The position numbers and the translations under genes were made by a program. A stretch of 64,000 nucleotides of DNA from Alphaproteobacteria bacterium (lineage in GTDB: Bacteria > Pseudomonadota > Alphaproteobacteria > UBA7887): assembly GCA_965216755.1 (NCBI GenBank), contig CBDCGL010000011.1, positions 3,840,001 through 3,904,000 on the forward strand, read 5' to 3'. Positions within the stretch are counted from its first letter, which is position 1. Each line of letters begins with the position of its first letter. Positions 19,693-30,196 of the stretch are shown one piece after another. The notes under the pieces were generated by a model, which saw only the letters and a list, made by a program, of their open reading frames with translations, searched no databases and had not been told where the DNA came from.

Positions 19693-21315
19693 TTATGATT
19701 GGCCTTGCCGCAGACGAAATCGTTGCACTTTACCCGTCTGCGTTTTCGGCAGAGCGGCGATGAATCTTACCGACCGCGGATATTTGTACGGCGCGATTGT
19801 CGCTTTGACATGCTCTTGCAATCGTTGGGCGCACGCCGCATCGCCCGTGACACCGTCGGCCAGAACAATATGCGCTTCGACAATCTGGCCGCGTTCGGCA
19901 TCCGCTACGCCGATAACGCCGCACTCGGCGACATCCGGATGCGCAAGCAAAGTCGCTTCAACCTCGGGCCCGGCAATGTTGTAACCGGACGAGATGATCA
20001 TATCGTCGGCGCGGGCGGCGAAGTGAAAGACACCGTCGTCATCTTGCGAAAATGCGTCTCCGGTCAGATTCCAGCCATTGCGGACATAGTTTTCTTGACG
20101 ATCATCGGCAAGATAGCGGCAGCCGGTCGGACCGCGCACGGCGAGCTTGCCAACTTCGCCACGGGGTTTTTCGTTCATGTCGTCATCGACCACCTTGGCC
20201 TCGTAGCCGGTGACCGGACGCCCCGTGGCGGCCGGCTGCGCGTCGCCAAGCCGGTTAGTAATAAAGATATGCAAAAGTTCGGTGGCGCCGATGCCGTCGA
20301 GGATCGGCGTGCCGGTTTTCGTCGTCCAATTTTCAAACACGGGGGCTGGCAAGGTCTCGCCGGCCGAAACCGCCAACCGCAGTGACGACAGATCGGCGCC
20401 ATCGTCCATGGCCGCCATCATCGCCCGATAGGCCGTCGGTGCCGTGAAGCAGATCGTCGCCTTATAGGTTTCGATGATCTCAATCATGTTTGGCGGTGCG
20501 GCGTTTTCCAACAAAGTTGCTGTGGCGCCAAACCGCAGCGGAAAGATCGCCAAGCCACCCAAACCGAACGTGAATGCCAAAGGCGGCGATCCGACGAAAA
20601 CGTCGTCCGGTGTCACGCCAAGCACCTCTTTGGCATATCCGTCGGCGATGATCAGCAAATCGCGATGAAAATGCATGGTCGCTTTGGGCGCACCGGTCGT
20701 GCCCGAGGTAAAACCCAACAGTGCGACGTCATCGCGACCCGTTTGCACGGCATCGAAACGCACCGGCTTGTCAAGTGCGATCCGGTCCAATTCCGCGTCA
20801 TGGTTCGAGGTGCCGTCGAAACCGACCACTTTTTCGAGATAGCGGCTGTCTTTGGCGCACGCCACCAGTTCGTCCATCATGCGCGTGTCGCACAGCGCCA
20901 GCGCCACTTCGGCCTTGTCAACGATCTGTGCCAGTTCGCCCGCGCGCAACAGGGGCATCGTATTGACCACAACCGCGCCGGCTTTGGTCGCCGCCAGCCA
21001 GCACGCGACCATGGCGGGATTGTTACCGGACCGGATCAGCACGCGATGGCCGGGCACGATGCCGTAGTCTTCGACCAGGGCGTGAGCCAGTCGGTTGGTC
21101 CAGTCAGTCAGTTCCTTGTAAGTGCGGCGCCGCCCATTGCCGATCAGCGCGACATGATCACCGAGGCCCTGTGCCACCATGCGATCGGTCAGTTCGACGG
21201 CGGCGTTGAGATGATCGGGATAAGCGAAGCGGTCCATAAGGAAATCAGGCTGCTGCTTGGTCGGCGGCAAATTGTCGCGGGCAAACGTGTCGATATGTGC
21301 GGAGGGTCCCAACAT
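19693..21315 (-). CDS. abmG: 2-aminobenzoate-CoA ligase / benzoate-CoA ligase family
   Basis: MLGPSAHIDTFARDNLP N-terminus, FTSGTTGAPKA AMP motif, APYKYPR, PKTQTGK. Confidence 0.88.
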   Translation of the reverse strand: MLGPSAHIDTFARDNLPPTKQQPDFLMDRFAYPDHLNAAVELTDRMVAQGLGDHVALIGNGRRRTYKELTDWTNRLAHALVEDYGIVPGHRVLIRSGNNPAMVACWLAATKAGAVVVNTMPLLRAGELAQIVDKAEVALALCDTRMMDELVACAKDSRYLEKVVGFDGTSNHDAELDRIALDKPVRFDAVQTGRDDVALLGFTSGTTGAPKATMHFHRDLLIIADGYAKEVLGVTPDDVFVGSPPLAFTFGLGGLAIFPLRFGATATLLENAAPPNMIEIIETYKATICFTAPTAYRAMMAAMDDGADLSSLRLAVSAGETLPAPVFENWTTKTGTPILDGIGATELLHIFITNRLGDAQPAATGRPVTGYEAKVVDDDMNEKPRGEVGKLAVRGPTGCRYLADDRQENYVRNGWNLTGDAFSQDDDGVFHFAARADDMIISSGYNIAGPEVEATLLAHPDVAECGVIGVADAERGQIVEAHIVLADGVTGDAACAQRLQEHVKATIAPYKYPRSVRFIAALPKTQTGKVQRFRLRQGQS

Positions 21316-21316
21316 G

Positions 21317-22471
21317 TCAGGTTCCGTGTGCGGCCAACGACTGCCGCGCAATCACCACTTTCTGGACTTCGGACGCCCCTTCATAGATGCGCAGGGCGCG
21401 GATTTCCCGATACAATCGTTCGACAATATGGCCTGCGCGAACGCCGTCGCCGCCATGGATCTGGACGGCGCGGTCGATCACCTTTTGCGCGTGTTCGGTC
21501 GCGAACAGTTTGGCGATCGACGCCTCGCGGGTCACGCGGGGCGCGCCTCGGTCTTTGGCCCAGGCGGCGCGATAAACCAGCAACGCTGCCGCATCGACGT
21601 CGACGGCACTGTCGGCAATGTGATTTTGGACCATTTGTAATTCGGCCATCGGTGCACCGAACAATTCGCGCTGGCCGGCGCGGGTCAACGACTCGTCGAG
21701 CGCCCGGCGCGCGAAGCCCAGCGCCGCCGCGCCGACGGTGGGCCGAAAAATATCAAGCACGGACATGGCGATTTTAAAGCCATCGCCGGGCGCTCCAACC
21801 ATGGCGTTGGCCGGTAGTCGCACCTGATCCAGTTTCAAGCGCGCCAGCGGATGCGGCGCGATGACGTGCAAGCGCTCGGCGATTTGCAAACCGGGCGTGG
21901 TCGCCGGCACCAAAAATGCAGACAAACCACGCGCGCCGGGCGCTTCACCAGTGCGCGCGAACAGCACATAGAAATCAGCGATACCGCCGTTAGAGATCCA
22001 GGTCTTTTCGCCGCTCAACACATATTCATCGTTATTTCGCTGCGCCGCTGTGTCGATGTTGGCGACATCGGACCCCGACTTCGGCTCCGACAAGGCAAAG
22101 GCGGCGATCGCCGCGCCGGCGCGTGTCTTCGCCAGCCACGCTTTGTGAGCGTCAGTGCCGAACATCCATATGGCGGCGGCGCCGAGCCCCTGCATGGTGA
22201 AGGCGAAATCGGCCAGGCCGTCATGGCGGGCCAGTATCTCGCGGATCAAGCACAAGCTGCGCACATCAAGATGTGTCGGGTGATCGGGATCCGGTGCGGT
22301 ATGAGTCAGCCATCCGTCGCGGCCCAGTTGCGCCACCAAATCTCGGCAGGCTTGGTCGACATCGCCCTCAACCACGGGCAAATGCGTGTCCGTCCACACT
22401 TCGCACGCGGCCGCCAATTGGCGGTGGCGGTCTTCAAAGAACGGCCAAGCCAGAAAGCTTCGGTCGGCCAT
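21317..22471 (-). CDS. Acyl-CoA dehydrogenase
   Basis: [39 protein letters not shown]. Confidence 0.93.
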   Translation of the reverse strand: MADRSFLAWPFFEDRHRQLAAACEVWTDTHLPVVEGDVDQACRDLVAQLGRDGWLTHTAPDPDHPTHLDVRSLCLIREILARHDGLADFAFTMQGLGAAAIWMFGTDAHKAWLAKTRAGAAIAAFALSEPKSGSDVANIDTAAQRNNDEYVLSGEKTWISNGGIADFYVLFARTGEAPGARGLSAFLVPATTPGLQIAERLHVIAPHPLARLKLDQVRLPANAMVGAPGDGFKIAMSVLDIFRPTVGAAALGFARRALDESLTRAGQRELFGAPMAELQMVQNHIADSAVDVDAAALLVYRAAWAKDRGAPRVTREASIAKLFATEHAQKVIDRAVQIHGGDGVRAGHIVERLYREIRALRIYEGASEVQKVVIARQSLAAHGT

Positions 22472-23283
22472 CAATTACCCTCAAACACTGGTTTTTGTTT
22501 GGTGGCAAACGCCTTGTAGGCCCGTTCGAAATCGCGCGTTTGCATGCAAATTGCCTGCGCCTGTGCTTCGGCCTCGATCGCCTGCTCCAGGCTCATCGAC
22601 CACTCTTGGTTCAACTGGGTCTTGGTAATGCCGTGGGCAAAGGTCGGCCCCGCGGCAATTGTGTGGGCGAGGGCAATCGCATCCGACTCGAGCGCGTCCG
22701 CGGGCACAAGGCGGTTGAAGAAACCCCAAGCGGCGCCTTCCTCGGCGGTCATCGTGCGGCCGCTATAAAGAAGCTCGGCGGCGCGGCCCTGGCCGATGAT
22801 ACGCGGCAGAATGGCGCACGCGCCCATATCGCAGCCGGCCAGCCCGACACGCGTGAACAAGAATGCGGTTCGCGCTTCCGGTGTCGCCAAGCGCATGTCG
22901 GACGCCATGGCGATGATGGCGCCGGCGCCAACACATATGCCATCGACCGCCGCGATGATAGGTTTGCCGCAACCGATCATGGCCTTGACAAGATCGCCGG
23001 TCATGCGTGTGAAGGCCAGCAGGCCCTTCATGTCCTTATCGACCAACGGCCCGATGATGTCGTGTACGTCGCCACCCGAACAGAAGTTGCCGCCATTGGA
23101 GGCAAATACCACCGCGTGCACGTCGTCGGCATCGCGCAGGCTGCGAAATGTCGCGCCGAGCTCCGCATAGCTTTCAAAAGTCAGTGGATTTTTGCGTTCC
23201 GGCCGGTCCAATGCGATGACCGCGACGGTCTCATCCATACGCCACCGAAACGTGAATGGTGACAGGTGTGCCATGGTGGTCAT
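22471..23283 (-). CDS. Enoyl-CoA hydratase family protein
   Basis: [22 protein letters not shown]; start ATG 23283 overlaps the MarR stop. Confidence 0.92.
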   Translation of the reverse strand: MTTMAHLSPFTFRWRMDETVAVIALDRPERKNPLTFESYAELGATFRSLRDADDVHAVVFASNGGNFCSGGDVHDIIGPLVDKDMKGLLAFTRMTGDLVKAMIGCGKPIIAAVDGICVGAGAIIAMASDMRLATPEARTAFLFTRVGLAGCDMGACAILPRIIGQGRAAELLYSGRTMTAEEGAAWGFFNRLVPADALESDAIALAHTIAAGPTFAHGITKTQLNQEWSMSLEQAIEAEAQAQAICMQTRDFERAYKAFATKQKPVFEGN

Positions 23284-23771
23284 GCGCGCGTCTCCCGCTT
23301 GCTCTCGCTTCCGGCTGTCGCATGCGCCAAGGTTCCCGCGACGATGCGCGCATCGGCGGCGCTGAGCCCGCTTAGCTGGTCGTTGACCCAACCTTCCAAT
23401 GTCGCCGCCATGACACCGAATCGCGTCCGCCCCGCGTCCGTGAGACGCACGGACGACGTTCTTCGATCCCCTTCGCGCAGGGCGCGTATGACAAGTCCAT
23501 CATCCACCAAGCGATCGACGATACCCGTGACGTTGCCGTTCGACACCATGAGAAAACGCGACAGATCCGACATGATCATACCCTCTGGCACGCGATAAAG
23601 CGCGGCCATAACATCGAACCGGGGCAGGGTGGTGTCGAATTCCGTGCGCAATCGGTCGCGCAGCACATGCTCGATGCGGCGGGTTGTGCGCAGCAACCGA
23701 AGCCACAGGCGCAAACGGTCCTTGCTATCCGCGTGGTCGACGTGTGCCGGGGGCTGGTCGTCTTCCGGCAT
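23280..23771 (-). CDS. MarR family transcriptional regulator
   Basis: [40 protein letters not shown]. Confidence 0.93.
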   Translation of the reverse strand: MPEDDQPPAHVDHADSKDRLRLWLRLLRTTRRIEHVLRDRLRTEFDTTLPRFDVMAALYRVPEGMIMSDLSRFLMVSNGNVTGIVDRLVDDGLVIRALREGDRRTSSVRLTDAGRTRFGVMAATLEGWVNDQLSGLSAADARIVAGTLAHATAGSESKRETRA

Positions 23772-24532
23772 CAGACCTCACCCCCGGACAATGACAAGGC
23801 CTGGCCGGTCATCGCTGCGGCGCCGTCGCCACATAACCAAATGACCGCGTCCGCGACCTCGGCCGGTTGAATCAGGCGGCCGCGTGGATTGTTTGCGGTG
23901 AGCGCAGCGCGCGCCGCGTCTTCGGTTTGGCCGGTCTTGGCCGCGATGTTGGCAAGTGCGCGGTCCAGCATCGGCGTATCGGTGTAGCCGGGACACACCG
24001 CATTGACGGTGATGTTCTGGGGCGCCAGTTCCAAGGCCAAGGCGCGCATCAGCCCGATCACGCCATGTTTGGCCGCGCAATAGGGTGCGACATACGCATA
24101 TCCCTTAAGACCAGCGGTCGAGGCGATGAACAGGATGCGGCCCCAGCCCGCGCTCCGCATGTCGGCCAACGCTGCGCGCGCGGTCAAGAACGCGCCGGTC
24201 AGATTGACCGACAAGCTTGCCTGCCAGTTGTCCAAGGATGTTTTGGCGATGGGCGCACTTTCCGCGTTGCCGGCATTGGCGACAACAATATCGACCGGTC
24301 CATGCTGCGCGCGCGCGCCCGTGAACATCGTTACGACCGCGTCTTCATCGGTGACGTCGGCGCAAACCGGCGCGATGTTAGCGTTGGTTTGCGCGATCTC
24401 GCGCAACGGGGCGTCGCGACGCCCGGCGATCGTGACGGCCGCACCATTGTCGGCCAAGGCGATTGCAATCGCTGCGCCGATGCCGGTACCGCCGCCGGTC
24501 ACCAGGGCATGCTTGCCGGTCAACCCGGTCAT
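23771..24532 (-). CDS. SDR family oxidoreductase
   Basis: TGGGTGIG, NAG, YCAAKHG. Confidence 0.93.
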   Translation of the reverse strand: MTGLTGKHALVTGGGTGIGAAIAIALADNGAAVTIAGRRDAPLREIAQTNANIAPVCADVTDEDAVVTMFTGARAQHGPVDIVVANAGNAESAPIAKTSLDNWQASLSVNLTGAFLTARAALADMRSAGWGRILFIASTAGLKGYAYVAPYCAAKHGVIGLMRALALELAPQNITVNAVCPGYTDTPMLDRALANIAAKTGQTEDAARAALTANNPRGRLIQPAEVADAVIWLCGDGAAAMTGQALSLSGGEV

Positions 24533-24535
24533 CGC

Positions 24536-26830
24536 TCAAACGCGCATGGTTGGTGCGTCACCACGATCGACCAGCCGGCGCAGCTGATCGCGCCCGGCGT
24601 AATACGGTTCCGGCCAGGTTTCCTGATCATCGCCCAAGGCTGCGGCGGCGTGCAAAGTCCAGTAGGGGTTGGCCAAGTGAGGCCGCGCCAGGCACACCAG
24701 ATCCGCGCGGCCGGCCATCAGGATCGAATTGACGTGGTCGGGTTCATAGATGTTGCCGACGGCCATCGTAGCCATACCGGTCTCATTGCGAATCCGATCG
24801 GACAGCGGCGTTTGGAACATACGGCCGTAAAGCGGTCGCGCGCGGGTCGAGGTTTGACCGGCCGAAACATCGCAGACATCAACGCCGGCGGTTTGTAAGA
24901 GCTGGGCGATCGCAACCGAGCCTTCCGGTGTGATGCCATCGTCGCCGACCCAGTCGTTGGCCGAAATCCGAACCGAGATCGGCTTGTCAGCCGGCCACAC
25001 GGCCCGTATGGCGTGAAATACCTCCAGCGGATAGCGCATCCGGTTCTCGAGCCCGCCGCCATAACCGTCGGTGCGCTTATTGGTGAGCGGAGTAATGAAC
25101 GACGAGAGCAAATAACCGTGGGCGCAATGCAGCTCCAGCATGTCGAAGCCGGCGCGGTCGGCCATTTGGGCGGCCGCGACGAACTGGTCGCGCACCCGAT
25201 CCATGTCTGCTCGATCCATGGCTTTGGGAACTTGATTGCGCTCTGACCAAGGAACGGCGGAGGCGCTGATCAGGGGCCAGTTGCCATCTTGCAACGGTGC
25301 GTCCATTTCTTGCCAGCCCAGTTGGGTGGAACCTTTAGCCCCCGAATGGCCTAGCTGACACGCGATCTTGCTGTCGGTCTCGGTGTGGACAAAATCGGTT
25401 AGGCGCCGCCATGCGGCTTCATGTTCCGGCGCATAAAGACCCGTGCATCCGGGCGTTATGCGCGCTTCAGGGCTGACACAGGTCATTTCAGAGATGACCA
25501 GGCCGGCGCCGCCCTTTGCCCGTTCCGCATAGTGAACCAAGTGCCAGTCGGTGGGGCGGCCATCGACCGCCTTATATTGGGCCATCGGCGACACCACGAC
25601 CCGGTTTTTCAGGGCCATGCTGCGCAGTTTGAAGGGGGCAAACATCGGCCGACGGATGCTGTTTGCGGGCGCCGCGCCGGCCTGCCGCTGAAACCACTGT
25701 TCGGCGCTTTCCAGCCAGGTCTGGTCGCGCACGCGCAGGTTCTCATGGCTAATCCGTTGCGATCGGGTCAGCAACGCGTAGTTGAACTGAACCGGGTCCA
25801 AGTCCAGGTAACGCTGAACGTCCTCAAACCACTCCAGCGAATTGCGCGCCGCGGACTGTAGCCGCAACACCTCTAATCGCCGCGTTTCCTGATATTTCGC
25901 CAGCGCCGCCGCCATCGTTGGTTCGCTGTGCAAATAGTCCGCCAAGGCGATCGCGCTTTCCATCGCCAATTTCGAACCCGAGCCAATCGAAAAATGTGCC
26001 GTGGCCGCCGCATCACCCATCAACACGATGTTTTTGTGGTACCACTTTTCGCACAGGACCCGTGGAAAGCTCAGCCAAGCCGAGCCGCGGATATGGTTGG
26101 CGTTGGTCATCAATCTATGACCGCCGAGATGGTCGGCGAATATCCGCTCGCAAACCGCGATCGACTCCGACTGGCTCATAGAATCAAAGCCGAATTTTTC
26201 AAATGTCGCCTGCGCGCACTCGACGATGAATGTCGCGGTGTCGTCGTCAAATTGGTAGGCGTGCGCCCAGATCCAACCATGTTCGGTCTGCTTGAAAATG
26301 AAGGTAAACGCGTCGTCGAACTTCTGATGGGTGCCGAGCCAGACAAACTTGCATTTGCGGACGTCGATCTGGGGTCTGAAATGGTCGGCGTACGCGTCGC
26401 GCGTCTTTGAGTTCAAGCCATCGGCGGCGATCACCAAGTCATAGTCGCGCGCATAGTCCGCGACGCTGTCGACCTCGGTCTCGAAACGCAACGTGACGCC
26501 CAAGTCGCGGGCGCGCTGCTGCAACAAAAGCAACATCTGTTTGCGGCCGATACCACAAAACCCGTGGCCCGTGGACACGGTCTTGTCGCCCTTGTGGTAC
26601 ACCGCGATGTCGTCCCAATAGGCAAAGTTGCGGCGAATCGTTTCGGCGCTTTCCAGGTCGTTCGCGGCTAGATTGTCCAGCGTTTCATCTGAGAGCACGA
26701 CGCCCCAGCCAAAGGTATCATCCGGGCGGTTGCGCTCGATAACCACTACCTCGTGGGTGGGATCGCGCCGCTTCATGCAGATCGCGAAATAAAGACCCGC
26801 GGGGCCACCACCAAGACAAGCGATACGCAT
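24536..26830 (-). CDS. abmA: Bifunctional anthraniloyl-CoA monooxygenase/reductase (salicylyl-CoA 5-hydroxylase/oxidoreductase)
   Basis: N-terminal flavin monooxygenase ([27 protein letters not shown]) fused to an OYE domain ([16 protein letters not shown]). Confidence 0.93.
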   Translation of the reverse strand: MRIACLGGGPAGLYFAICMKRRDPTHEVVVIERNRPDDTFGWGVVLSDETLDNLAANDLESAETIRRNFAYWDDIAVYHKGDKTVSTGHGFCGIGRKQMLLLLQQRARDLGVTLRFETEVDSVADYARDYDLVIAADGLNSKTRDAYADHFRPQIDVRKCKFVWLGTHQKFDDAFTFIFKQTEHGWIWAHAYQFDDDTATFIVECAQATFEKFGFDSMSQSESIAVCERIFADHLGGHRLMTNANHIRGSAWLSFPRVLCEKWYHKNIVLMGDAAATAHFSIGSGSKLAMESAIALADYLHSEPTMAAALAKYQETRRLEVLRLQSAARNSLEWFEDVQRYLDLDPVQFNYALLTRSQRISHENLRVRDQTWLESAEQWFQRQAGAAPANSIRRPMFAPFKLRSMALKNRVVVSPMAQYKAVDGRPTDWHLVHYAERAKGGAGLVISEMTCVSPEARITPGCTGLYAPEHEAAWRRLTDFVHTETDSKIACQLGHSGAKGSTQLGWQEMDAPLQDGNWPLISASAVPWSERNQVPKAMDRADMDRVRDQFVAAAQMADRAGFDMLELHCAHGYLLSSFITPLTNKRTDGYGGGLENRMRYPLEVFHAIRAVWPADKPISVRISANDWVGDDGITPEGSVAIAQLLQTAGVDVCDVSAGQTSTRARPLYGRMFQTPLSDRIRNETGMATMAVGNIYEPDHVNSILMAGRADLVCLARPHLANPYWTLHAAAALGDDQETWPEPYYAGRDQLRRLVDRGDAPTMRV

Positions 26831-26883
26831 GATGTTCTCCACCGGCAATGTGTTGTGTAACGGAATTTTCAAAGGTTTGATAT

Positions 26884-26909
26884 TTTAGATATAAACTTTT
26901 AATCATAAA
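26884..26909. promoter_or_regulatory. Tandem TTTA-N4-TAAA boxes upstream of abmA (candidate MarR operator)
   Basis: TTTAGATATAAA (26884-26895) and TTTAATCATAAA (26898-26909) in an AT-rich island. Confidence 0.5.
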
Positions 26910-27126
26910 GCTTCAACATGACCCGCCTTTGGGGGGCCTATGTGCTGTGCTTCGATCTCAATAAAGTTGACGCACTGGCAATTGGCGGGAATGGCCGAGG
27001 GATCGCGCGCCGGCCTGTGGGTGACGTGACCCCCGACCCGGACGGCCCGCAAGGTAGCGGGGGCATGGTTGCAAGATTGGCAGCGCGAACAAACAGCGCG
27101 GTGCCAATATGACCATCGTCCAGCCG

Positions 27127-28023
27127 CTATGAGCAATGCTCTTGTATGAACGTGCCTGCTTCGCGAAGACCTTCGTGCCCCTCGTCGAGCATTGGCGCAA
27201 ACAAATGCCAGACATGGATCATGTCTTCCCAAATGCGCAATGTGACATCGACACCAGCCGCGCGGGCATTTTCCGTCAGGCGCGTTGCGTCGTCGAAGAG
27301 AATTTCAGCGCCGCCCACCTGAACCAAAAGAGGCGGCAAACCGTGCAGATCGGCGTGGACCGGCGAGGCCGCCGGGTGCGCGACGTCGGCGCCGTCTAAA
27401 TAGAGACCGGCAAACCAATGTAGCGCGGCTTCATCGACGACCGGATCGCGTTCGGCCCGAGCTGTGATGCTGTCGCTGGTGCCCGACAGATCTGTCCATG
27501 GTGAGATACTGACAGCGGCCGCGGGCAGGGGTTGGTGCTGGTCGCGTAACGCGCACAAGCTTGCGATGGTCAAGCCGCCACCGGCGGAGTCGCCGGCGAT
27601 GGCAATTTTCTCGGGTGTCGAACCGCCGGCCAACATCCAGGTGTAGGCGGCGACCGCATCGTCTCGCGCGGTTGGAAACCGGTGTTCGGGTGCCAGTCGA
27701 TAGTCGAGTACCAAAACTTGGGCGTTTGCGTGTTGCGACAATGTATAAGCGAGCGCGCGATAGATATCGGGTGAGCCCATGACGTAACCACCGCCGTGCA
27801 AATAGAGCACGTGGCGATCGGCATCGGTACCCGGCGCCGCGACCCATTCGGCCGAACATGCGCCGACTTGCTGCTTGGCCACCACGGCGTCGGCGGGCGC
27901 CAGGAATTTATCGCCCAACTCTTCCATGCGCGCGCGCATCGGCGCCACGTCCAAGGGATTCGGGCGATCGACGGCACGCTCACGCAATACGGTGATCAGT
28001 TTATCGAGTTGGGCTGCGGACAT
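27127..28023 (-). CDS. Alpha/beta hydrolase, HSL-family esterase
   Basis: HGGG, DYRLAPEH, GDSAGG, HVWH. Confidence 0.93.
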   Translation of the reverse strand: MSAAQLDKLITVLRERAVDRPNPLDVAPMRARMEELGDKFLAPADAVVAKQQVGACSAEWVAAPGTDADRHVLYLHGGGYVMGSPDIYRALAYTLSQHANAQVLVLDYRLAPEHRFPTARDDAVAAYTWMLAGGSTPEKIAIAGDSAGGGLTIASLCALRDQHQPLPAAAVSISPWTDLSGTSDSITARAERDPVVDEAALHWFAGLYLDGADVAHPAASPVHADLHGLPPLLVQVGGAEILFDDATRLTENARAAGVDVTLRIWEDMIHVWHLFAPMLDEGHEGLREAGTFIQEHCS

Positions 28024-28129
28024 AAGACCATTCCCATGCGGGCAAAAAAAGAAAAGGGACGGATCAGAGCGAGATCACGTCCCATGGATTGGTTCGACTT
28101 GTGGTGCGCTTTTGCGCCTCTTTGGTCGG

Positions 28130-29518
28130 CTACAGCTCCAGCCGGCCGCCAATGGTGATGATATGCTCGGTCAGGTCGGAATTGCCAAGAACTGTTTCGT
28201 ATTCGATGAACCCGGCCTTGCCGCCCGCCAACTGTGCGGCTGCGCCGAGCGAGAAGTTGAAGGTGTCGCGCTCCGGATCTTCGGTCAGCACTTGGAACGG
28301 AGATCCGAATGGATCGGACGCGAAGCGAGACGTGATAGCGCGGCTGTCGTTTTCGAACTCATGCTCCCATTCCAAGCGAGCTTGGGGGCTAAGAATGCCG
28401 AAATCCATCGATACCGGATACACCGCGATCACACCCAATCGGCTGCGTCGCGAGGTAATATCCTGCTCATCGACACGCAAATTGAGACCGTTGGCGCCGG
28501 TTTCGGTAAAGCCGTCGATGTCAACCCGCAGCTCGGTCAGCTGGGCAAACGGCGTGACCGTTGCTTGTTCCAGCTGGATATTGTAGCCGGCGCCGATCGT
28601 GCCCGCGATTTCAAAGCCATCCGAATTGCCACTGGCCGTGCGGCTGAGCGTGTCACTGGGGATTGAATAGACGATCCGCCGCTCGGTATCCATGTCCAGG
28701 AAACTGATCTCCAGCACACCTTCGACATACCAATTGTCGACGAAATAGGTCGCGAAACCGGTGAGATTGTAGGCGTTGGATTCCAGGCTGCCGCCACTGC
28801 CGTCGAAGTCATTGTCGCTGAAGGTATAGCCCGCGGCCGCGCCGACCAGGAACTGGTCAGAGACTAGGTAGTCGGCGCCAATCGTGAAGTCCAAGGCGTA
28901 GAAGTCAAAGCCTTGCCGCTCTGACGTGCCGTCGACGTCACCAAAACTGAAGGAACCCGAGCCAAACAAACCAAGCTGGCTGAAATCACCATCGCCGGCA
29001 CTCAGACCACTGTCGCTGGGTTGTAACCCGGTCAGGTTTGGTGAAACCACGTAGTCGTGGGCCATATTGAAGGCGGTCGACAGTCCACGCAGGTCGACCC
29101 GCGGACCACCAGCGCGCAAGCTGCCCAGTCTGTCGCCGACCGCCTCGCGCTGTGGACTCGATATGTCTGTCGCATTGATACCGCCTGCAGGGAAATCTGC
29201 CGGTGATACTTCTTCCAAGGCGCCCAATACGGGCCCGGTCGCCAGTCCATCGACGACATAGTCCGTGCACCTTCCGGCGAGATCGTCCAATGCACTGCCG
29301 CCGTCCACGCCGCGGCCGGGATCGACTGCCCCCGCGCCGCCCAACAAGGGGCACGACGATGCCACGGCATTTGACACACTGGACTGCAGCCGCGTTTGCG
29401 CCTGCGTCTGGCTCGCACCAAACGAAGTCAACGCAAGCGCGATTGCCACACCGGCATAAACAACGAACTGCGACGCCCTGACTGGGATCGCATCGTCAAT
29501 TCTTGCTTCACACAGCAC
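28130..29518 (-). CDS. Autotransporter beta-barrel domain protein with very short passenger
   Basis: Signal peptide, Cys pair, amphipathic strands (GADY, GAAAGY, PQARLEWEHEF), C-terminal GRLEL; RBS AGGGGG before GTG. Confidence 0.85.
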   Translation of the reverse strand: MLCEARIDDAIPVRASQFVVYAGVAIALALTSFGASQTQAQTRLQSSVSNAVASSCPLLGGAGAVDPGRGVDGGSALDDLAGRCTDYVVDGLATGPVLGALEEVSPADFPAGGINATDISSPQREAVGDRLGSLRAGGPRVDLRGLSTAFNMAHDYVVSPNLTGLQPSDSGLSAGDGDFSQLGLFGSGSFSFGDVDGTSERQGFDFYALDFTIGADYLVSDQFLVGAAAGYTFSDNDFDGSGGSLESNAYNLTGFATYFVDNWYVEGVLEISFLDMDTERRIVYSIPSDTLSRTASGNSDGFEIAGTIGAGYNIQLEQATVTPFAQLTELRVDIDGFTETGANGLNLRVDEQDITSRRSRLGVIAVYPVSMDFGILSPQARLEWEHEFENDSRAITSRFASDPFGSPFQVLTEDPERDTFNFSLGAAAQLAGGKAGFIEYETVLGNSDLTEHIITIGGRLEL

Positions 29519-29737
29519 GGTGAAACCCCCTGCCTTTATCTAACCCGTCCAAGAAAATGGTAAGCGCCCCAGTCGGGTACTGTCAAACCAGCAGTTGCAG
29601 AAAGGTCACGTGTGTGCGTTTTGACAAAATGTGTGGCGTCAATGCCATATGCTTGGACGATAACCAACGAATGGGTGATTGCTGCGTCCGCGCACAACGT
29701 CAACCGATTGCGACCGAGGCAGCCGCCATTGGCCAAA

Positions 29738-29783
29738 CAAAAAAACCGGCCGGAACGGGGTGACGCCCCACTCCGACCGGCCC
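29738..29783 (-). terminator. Probable rho-independent terminator after 29807..30172
   Basis: GC hairpin CCGGCCGGAACGGGG..CCCCACTCCGACCGG followed by a U-tract on the minus strand. Confidence 0.55.
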
Positions 29784-29806
29784 TTGGTTGTCTATCGTGG
29801 TGCGTT

Positions 29807-30172
29807 TCAGCGCACGGCTTGGACCAAACAAAGTGATTCACGGAAGGCCAATATGAACACCGATGGATTGACCTCGCCTTGGCGTCGGAACGACACCGAT
29901 TGTTCGTCAATCAGCGTATTGAAGGTGAAGCCGGCCAATTCAGCCTCGTCGATCACTTTCTTGCCTTCTTGCCAGCATTCGGCACGGACCGGACGATCGG
30001 CCAAATAGTACTGGCGCGTTGCCGTGATCGGGCCGGACGCCGCATTCGAATCGACTTCACCATCGATCGCGCTACGACCTTGCCCGGCTTGCGTGAGGAT
30101 GCCGCCCGCCAGAGCCACGGCGAACAAGGCACCCAGGGTCAAAGGGCGGACCTTAAGGGGGGAAAGGGCCAT
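29807..30172 (-). CDS. Hypothetical exported protein (Cys pair, CWQEG motif)
   Basis: RBS AGGAG; N-terminal hydrophobic segment; 24 bp downstream of the CsgG-like gene. Confidence 0.75.
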   Translation of the reverse strand: MALSPLKVRPLTLGALFAVALAGGILTQAGQGRSAIDGEVDSNAASGPITATRQYYLADRPVRAECWQEGKKVIDEAELAGFTFNTLIDEQSVSFRRQGEVNPSVFILAFRESLCLVQAVR

Positions 30173-30196
30173 GGTTTTTCTCCTGTTGCTCAGACG

